Shown here: positions 55,661 through 64,000 of the stretch, piece after piece | Layout: the number at the start of each line of letters is the position of its first letter | Position numbering within the stretch: position 1 is the first letter of the stretch | Assembly (NCBI RefSeq): GCF_009914755.1 | Contig: NC_060942.1 | DNA: 64,000 nucleotides | Origin: the human T2T-CHM13v2.0 reference genome, Homo sapiens | Strand: one strand, 5' to 3' | Notes under the pieces: generated by a model | Told to the model about the DNA's origin: nothing | Databases searched by the model: none | What the model saw: only the letters and a program-made list of their open reading frames with translations | Program-made: the position numbers and the translations under genes

Positions 55661-58600
55661 CATAACTCTGTTCTGCTTAATGTCTTCCCAGCATCTGGTA
55701 GCCGCTGGCATCCCCCGCCCCACCAAAAAAAAAAAAAAACAAAACTGTTCTTAAATTGAAATTGTAGGGTCGAAGGAGGAAGTCACAACAAAGCATGAAT
55801 TTTCATCAGTATCATGCTGCATGGATGTAAACTAGAATGAAAAACAAAAGTTCCAATTCACCAACTTTTATTGTGTGGATCATGTTTTGCTGTCTTATTT
55901 AATAAACTTTGCTTAGCCCTGTGTCACAAAGGTCTCCTGTGTTTTCATCGATAGGACATAACACACAACTGACCAATAAAAGTCAGATCTGAACCCGTTT
56001 CTAGAATCTAGGCACTCCCTTTTCACTGATTGGTAATTGGCAAAATGTAAGTTTAGATCTAATATTGTATTTGCTACTGAGTGGAGAGTTCCTGCTTCAT
56101 AATGAAGACAACACACAAACAGCTGCCTCAAGAGAGAGAAAGGGAGGTTCCTGACCTGTCAGAAACCAACATAAATCCTGCACTCAAACTGACTTAAGAC
56201 AGTTTGAGTTTGCTTCCCTCATTAGTTATTAAGCGGTCCTAACTAACAAAGTGACCATTTCTGGAGTAATTTCAGTATAAGAAACATGGAATTTCTAACA
56301 TCTACCCCTAGACTGCTGTAAGGAATGAATGATAATGTACATAACTTGCTTAGCACAGTGCTCAGCAAATATTGATTCTATAAAAGTTAGCATAGTAAGA
56401 CCAGTAACCACACTGCAGTGGATGAAGAAAAAAAATGGAAGATGAAGAGAGAAACAGGTATGGGTAATATTCCAAGTGTTTTTGCCAGAAAGAGAAATAG
56501 AGAAGGGAAGTAGGGCTAGCAGAAGTAAAATTCACAGATAAGGAAATTTTAAGCTGAACTTCTTTTATGCTATTCCATTGAGTGTGTTGACAAAAATGTG
56601 TTTTATCATGTTCAGTCAATATCATACTAAATTGGATTTTGGTTGTTTTCCTAACACCTTCAGATTTTTAATTATTATTGCTCTAAGGCTTGCTGAACTT
56701 ATAAAATTTTATTACTCACTTAGAGAGAATATATGAGAAAAGTAACAGAATGTTTATGAATTAGACCTTTGGATTGAAGAAACTTAAATGAAACTTTCTC
56801 TTTCTTTCTAATTAGTAAAATCTCTTTTAGATGTTGCTGCCATTGATCCATGTTTCTCTGATAACTGTTAAGATAAAATTATATTAAGCTGTTATGTATT
56901 ATTCTTTCAAAATGAAAATGATCTTATTAGAATATCATCAAATTATTCTATTTTAATGAGTTCAAAAAATTAGGGTTTAGGTTAATAAACACTATATAAA
57001 ATGGTAAAAATTTGTCTAAGTTATAAGGATGATATCATCCTGAACCTTATTTCTTTTGCATAAAGTGTTAATTATCTACAGATCACAGGTTATTTTGCTA
57101 TTCCTCCCACCATTGCATTATTTGAATTTTAATAATGGACTTTTGTATGTACAATGTCTCCATTCAAAATACTGACTCACTCTTGATGTAACTTGTGACA
57201 CTAAATTAGAACCTCAAACATGTTCAGTTGAACCAAACTAAATTAATGTTGTGTGCTGCTCCAATTACCAATGAGAAGATGTTTTATCCTATCACTATAA
57301 TTTTCCAGTGGATGTTGGTAGGGAAAGTGGGAAGTGTCAAAGTATGAACTAATTAAGCAGATCTACAATAACTACATTTTCATTCTCATACCACCAAGAA
57401 TTATAACAGTATAACTGAAAAATATTGCCATCCACTTTTGAGCACAGTAACAGATCATTGATTCTACTTTCTACAAACCCCTGGTAAATTCTCTAGACTG
57501 TATTAAAGATGACTAACATACATATCTCTCATTGCTTACACAGTCTTTTACATAAATAACTCATAGGATCTCACTCAACTCAGCGAAGTAAATAAGACCT
57601 TTCAAAGGTGTGAGAAAACTAAGCTTCAGAAACATTTACTGACACCTAAAGTGCAGCGTTACCAAGAAATGAAACTATAATTCAAATGCATCATCCAACT
57701 CAACATTTCATGGTTTTCAGTATACCACACATATATTTATAGACATTATCATATGTATTATTTCTTCTAGCAAGAAATTAAGTGAAATTCCCTCACACAA
57801 ATTTTAAGATGGTAAAAATGAGAACACCATAAATTCCTCCAATCAGATCAAGCTTCACATTGATCTTCTGTCTCTCACAGCCAAATCTGCCCCTTCACAG
57901 CCTTGTTTTAAATTTTGATTGTCTATAAGAAAACCACAAACTTCCAAGAGCATTACTCTGACCCCACGGCAGCGGGCATCTTCCAGAGGATATTGACAGA
58001 ACATATCCCTCTTTGACCTCAGGTGTCTGGGAACGTGAATTGTGACTGCTTACCTCCTGCTAAGGCCTTGAAACCCACTGGGCTTCAAGCTTTGCTGTAA
58101 CCAGCAGGTTGCCCTGCTTGGATTACTCTTTGAATGAACAGAGCCAGATGGTGGTCAGTGAGTTTACTGGACAATAGAAGCTTCCTTTTCCTTGAAATCT
58201 GACTTTTTCATAATAGAAATGCTAACGTCTTTTCTGTAACTTCCCAGAAACCCACATTCGCATAATAGTCAATCCCGGAGAAATTTCCAAAAAATGTTTC
58301 TCATCCAAAACAACTTTTTATGGGTGTATATTCTCATGTCATTACATACTCTATCTCAACTAGATCGTACAAATTTTAAACTCCAGGGGCTGAGGCAGGA
58401 CTGCATGGTACCGCTTCTCTACTTCCACTAAGCAGCTCTGTCAACTCTACACACATTGCCCTGGTATGTTCCTGGATATTTAGTAGACACTCAAAGATCT
58501 TGACTGATTGTAGTAGTCACTGTGCAGACTGAGTCAACAGAAGAAGGCCTTCCCCCAAGGAATGTAAAACGTAAGATAGATAGCACAGGTTTAAATACAC

Positions 58601-59479
58601 ATTATATACATAATAAGAAATTCAGTAGAGAAGATGCTTTACAAATATACACAGAATATATTAATCTTAAGACATTCATATTATGTTCAAGTAAAGGTTT
58701 GATTTTTCTATTGTGAGATTGTAAATGAATCATTTCATTTATAGCTATGTATACCTAGGGGAAAAAAGGGTAATTTTAGCAGGTCTAAGGTAAGCTACAT
58801 GTGAAAGATAAGAATTTGAGAGAAAAGGAAAATGAGAAACAAACAAGGGTAAGGAACGACATTGTAGCCTCTGAATGAAGGAAAACCTGACAGACCCAAG
58901 TAGGAATGCTGCCTGCTCATCATTAACATGTTCTACGTTAAACATTACAAACTTAACATTTTTGTAGGTCAAAAATGGCCAAATATTGGCAATTTTGTAT
59001 AGTTTCTTCTAATAAATACAGTGGTATATTCATCGATTATTCGGCAAATATACTTGAAAACCTTCCGGTGAACAGAGAATATTGATGCAGGATCCAATAG
59101 TTGAATTGATAAGACCATATAGAAAAGATTATCTCAAACCTAAAGAGAAATAAGTTCTTGAGAAGACAAAATTTCTCTAGTAAATATTTGGAAATAATAT
59201 AAAATATTTTCCCATCAATCCAATTGAAAATTAGATGCATTTCTAAAAGTAAAAAATCACTGCCCAGATCACTAGAGCTAAAATGTTTCTTACTTAAAAA
59301 TTAGACATATAATAATATGAGATAGTAAGTGATATTTAGGTTCAGAAAAATAAATAATTATTGGGCTACTCATTGGATACCATCAAGTTCTCAATTAAGC
59401 CTCTACAAAAGTTACTCAAATTATGATGTTTTTATTAATCTATTGAGGATAAAAAGAAAAATTCCATCTCCCACAATGA

Positions 59480-59480
<1 letters not shown>

Positions 59481-59524
<44 letters not shown>
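59481..59524 (+). repeat. (TG)22 microsatellite
   Basis: Direct observation. Confidence 0.98.
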
Positions 59525-59525
<1 letters not shown>

Positions 59526-59971
59526 CAATTGCCTCATTATTTAACTCTATATTATCTGGTTTTAAACACACACATAAAGACATTTAAGGACAATTTTATT
59601 CTTATTACTAATTACATTCATTATACCATGTTTCTATAGTTGAGTGGATAAGATACATATTTACCCATTTCTAAATGACTAGATAGATTTTTTACTGTAT
59701 GGCTTATTTTCACAAGTGTTTTCCTTTCATAACGTTGACCCATAAAGCATGTAGCCTAGTTTTAGAAAACATTCATATTTTCACCCACTAACAACTAGAC
59801 TTAAATTTAATGTGTATGCATACAATTGGTATTTTTTATTGAGTTAGGAGACATGGAAATTACTGTCACTTCTTCCTTAGCAGCTTCTCACACCCCCTTT
59901 TATTTCCTGCTCATTCAAACTTAAGATTTCTAAGCTGGATTTGGATTAAGTTCTTTTAAAAGATGAATGGA

Positions 59972-60384
<413 letters not shown>

Positions 60385-60639
60385 TTATCATTCTTAAATT
60401 TAAGGATAAGAGCACCATTATAGCCTTTGGATGAAATAGATTTCATGTTGTCAAAAGTCCAACACAGTGATAGTTATAGAATTATTCCCCAAAGACAATG
60501 TATTCCTAACTGTAAAAAAATAAAATAAAATTTCATTTAAAGCTTTAAAAAAAGCTTTTTATTAAAGCGTATTGCTATCTTTAAAACAGGCAATTAGGGA
60601 CTTACAGCTATAGTGGTGGGAAGCTGATTAATCCTTCCC

Positions 60640-61020
60640 ACACACAAAAAAGTATATATATACTTTTTAATATTCACTTTTGTGTATATTTATTTATTAT
60701 ACATTGTATTATATATTTTGTGTATATAGATATACACACAATATATACATATAGATATATACAATATATACATATTTTATGTATATACAGATATGTACAC
60801 AAAATATTTTGTGTATATATACACAATATATACATATAGAGAGAGATATACACAATATTGTGCATAGAGATATATACACAATATATACATATAGATATAT
60901 ATACAATATATACATATTTTCTGTATATATAGATGTATACACAAAATATAGATAATTATATGGGCAAAAAATATATATATAAATATATATGCAGAAAAAT
61001 ATATACACACACACACAAAC
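60640..61020. repeat. Complex AT-rich (TA/CA) repeat with palindromic subunits
   Basis: Perfect palindromes at 60647-60668, 60796-60815 and 60851-60862, plus ~50-bp direct repeats. Confidence 0.9.
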
Positions 61021-61673
61021 TGAACAAATACAATCATGTCAGGGCTCTTAAAATCTATCAAGCCAGATGACAAATTGAGAAGTTTTTTCTTGAAAAACTA
61101 CTGAAACTTTGGTTAAGAACAATAGCAGTTGGTGGCCTTTTTTGCCTGTGGCTGCTGGCATTCATTTGTCCGCCCCCACCTCAGGTCAGTTACCAAAAGC
61201 AAACAAATAGCTTTATCAGGTGGGTCTAACCTAAAAAAGCCTCAGTTTTACTCCCAGAGGGGATGTGGCATTAACTTGGGAGAGCAGGAAGGAAACTTAT
61301 GGTTTTGTCAGTTAAAGATGGCAAAGTTGGAAGAAAACAAACTAGGGAAACCTGCAGCTTTACTAGCCTGAAGTTACACTTCTGGATTGGGCAAGCATGG
61401 ATCAGCCAGAGATTTAATTGGGAGAACCTGAAAGTGAGAAAACATAGAAAGATTATGTAACTCTCCCAGATCCCTTGCTGACTGGAGAACTACTGCATTC
61501 ATTAGAAAGACTCAAGCAATCTGGGCAGAAGTTAAAAGCTAAAAGAGATTGGAGAACTAGATAACTTTCAATATGCTCCCAAACCCACAACAAGATCAAT
61601 TGAAAGATAGTAGAAGCCTTACTGGCTAGAAATGTTTGAACATATTATGTTTCCATAATTGACTAACCTCTAA

Positions 61674-62016
<343 letters not shown>

Positions 62017-64000
62017 AAATTTGGACTTTCTAAGGCAGCCTGGAATAAAACTTTAAATTTAAATTTAAAAACTGAGCAATTAAAAATTTAAAACTATGAA
62101 GCCAGGGTAATAAAATGTGGAAGTATCATTGGATATACCATGGGAGGGAGACAGATTTTGCATTGTAAGTCAATACAAGGTACTAAAAAGAAAAACAGAA
62201 AAGAAAAATTTCAGAAAAACAAAACATAATCTAGAGGTGAGATAACATATTACCTAAAATATTCAGTTCTTAACAAAAGAAAATGAGTCATGAAAAAACA
62301 AGAAAGTGTGAACCATACTCACTAGAAGTTAACTTTAAGTGGATCCAGATATTGGATTTAGCAGACAAATACATCAAAGCAATTAAACAAAAGTATAATC
62401 ATAATGAATCAATCAACGGGAATTCACAAAAGAGGAATTAAAACTATAAAAAGAAATAAATAAAAATTCTACAGTTTGCAATTTATATAACTGAAATGAA
62501 AGTTTTACTATATGGGCTCAAAAGTGGATTTGAGATGGCAGAAGAGAATTAGCTGAAAGATCAATCAATATAAACTTTCCAATCCAAAGAACAAAAAGGG
62601 AAAAAAAAATTTAATGAGCAGAACCATAGAGTATTCTGAAGAAAGGTCAAAATAGATCTTACAAAAATGGTAAGAAATTATAGCCCAAAACTTTCTAAAT
62701 TAGATGAAAATCACATATATCTAAAGATCCAAGAGTCTAGTGAACTCTGGGTAAAATAAACACAGATATCCAAGCCTAGGCATATCTTAGTGAAACTACT
62801 GAAAAGCAAATCAACTTATAATGAATGGAGAACAACAATATGATTAAGAGCTGATTTCTCAACAGAAAAAAATAGAGGCTTAAAGGAATTGGAATGACAT
62901 AATCAATCTTCCAAAAGGAAGAATTAAAAAAAACCCTGTCAACCAAGAATTCTATATATAAAAAACTATCCTTTAAAAAAAGAATGTGAAAAAAGACAGA
63001 ACAAAAGTGAAATAATTTGTTGATAAAAGATGTATCTTATAAGAAATTCTAAAGGAATTGTTTCAGGCTGAAAAAAAAAATACCATATGATAACTTGAAT
63101 GCAGAAGAAGGAATGAAGAGCACCAGAAATGGTATCTACAGATAAATATTAAATAAAGTATATTTTTTCATTAATTATTTTGATTTTTTAAATAGATAAA
63201 AATGTTTAAAGTCAAAATTATAACAATGTATTGTTGGGTTTATAATATAATTAACATAATATGTATAAAAATAGTAGAACAAAGGAAGGGAAAGGAAATA
63301 AGCTATAGTAAATAGTTAATATATCTTACTAAAATAAGCCAGTGTTTACCTAAAGGAGATTACAAAAAATAAAAATGCATATTATAAACTTTAGAGGAAT
63401 TATTTTTTAATTAAAAATATATAGATAAAAATTCCAAAGTATAATGGAACCTTAAATATTCTTTAGTTAACACAAAGAAGATGGTAGAGAAGGAACAGAA
63501 TAACAAAAAGTGACATGAAATGTATAGAAAACAAATATCAAAGTGACATATATAAATGTAACCAAACAACAATTACATTAAATGTGAATGGACTAAACAT
63601 TTCAATCAAAAGGCAGAGATTGACAAACTGGATTTGAAAACTAAGATCTAACTATATGCTATATATAAAAGGCATTCTTTAGATTCAAAGACACAAATAG
63701 GTCCAAAATGAAGAAGCAGAAAAAAGAAGGATCTTTCATAATCATAAAAGGGTTACTATATACATTAGGAAGATATAATAATTATAAATGTGTATGCACC
63801 TAACAAGGGAGCCTACAAATATATAAAGCAGAAAAATAAGAGAACTAAATGGAGAAATAGACAACAACTATAGCTACAGGTTTCAGTAATTTCAAAAACT
63901 GATAGAACAACTAAGCAGAAAATCAAGAACATAGAAGACTACCAACCTATTTGACCTAACTGAAATGTACAGAATATTTTAACCCAAAATAGAAGAATAT

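Noticed and set aside
59021-59153. In-frame TGA in WYIHRLFGKYT*KPSGEQRILMQDPIV... as possible selenocysteine or readthrough
   Set aside because: The same frame has TAA TAA just upstream, no SECIS-like element is seen, and there is no selenoprotein similarity.
60674-61073. Y/I/C-rich ORFs
   Set aside because: They are translations of the (TA/CA) repeat.

Overview
This is primate genomic DNA, probably hominid or human-like: it carries AluJ/S/Y elements and an L1PA2-type 3' end. Roughly half of it is transposon-derived. That includes at least 13 Alus, a 3.5-kb L1PA3/4 nested in an older L1M, a 3.9-kb L1PB1 and a full-length Tigger1 split by a MER50 LTR. There are also about ten solo LTRs, MER58B and MER44B MITEs, MIR/L2 relics and a rare RTE-clade LINE relic. 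No complete protein-coding gene is present, and every long ORF in the track comes from L1, Tigger, Alu, LTR or microsatellite sequence. Non-repeat signals are two candidate terminal exons of an unidentified minus-strand gene (37.8 kb and 29.7 kb), a ~100-nt CpG-retaining palindrome at 24.9 kb, a second CpG-retaining block at 32.1-32.4 kb and a recent 96-bp tandem duplication. The most interesting region is a CpG-rich, promoter-like module at 26.4-27.9 kb built from TEs: an LTR15-like LTR with a degenerate poly(A) signal, CRE sites, and an L2-derived ~80-nt hairpin with a YY1 motif on each arm. I see no convincing evidence of a wholly new biological system. Repeat subfamily names come from recalled consensus sequences and need RepeatMasker/Dfam confirmation.
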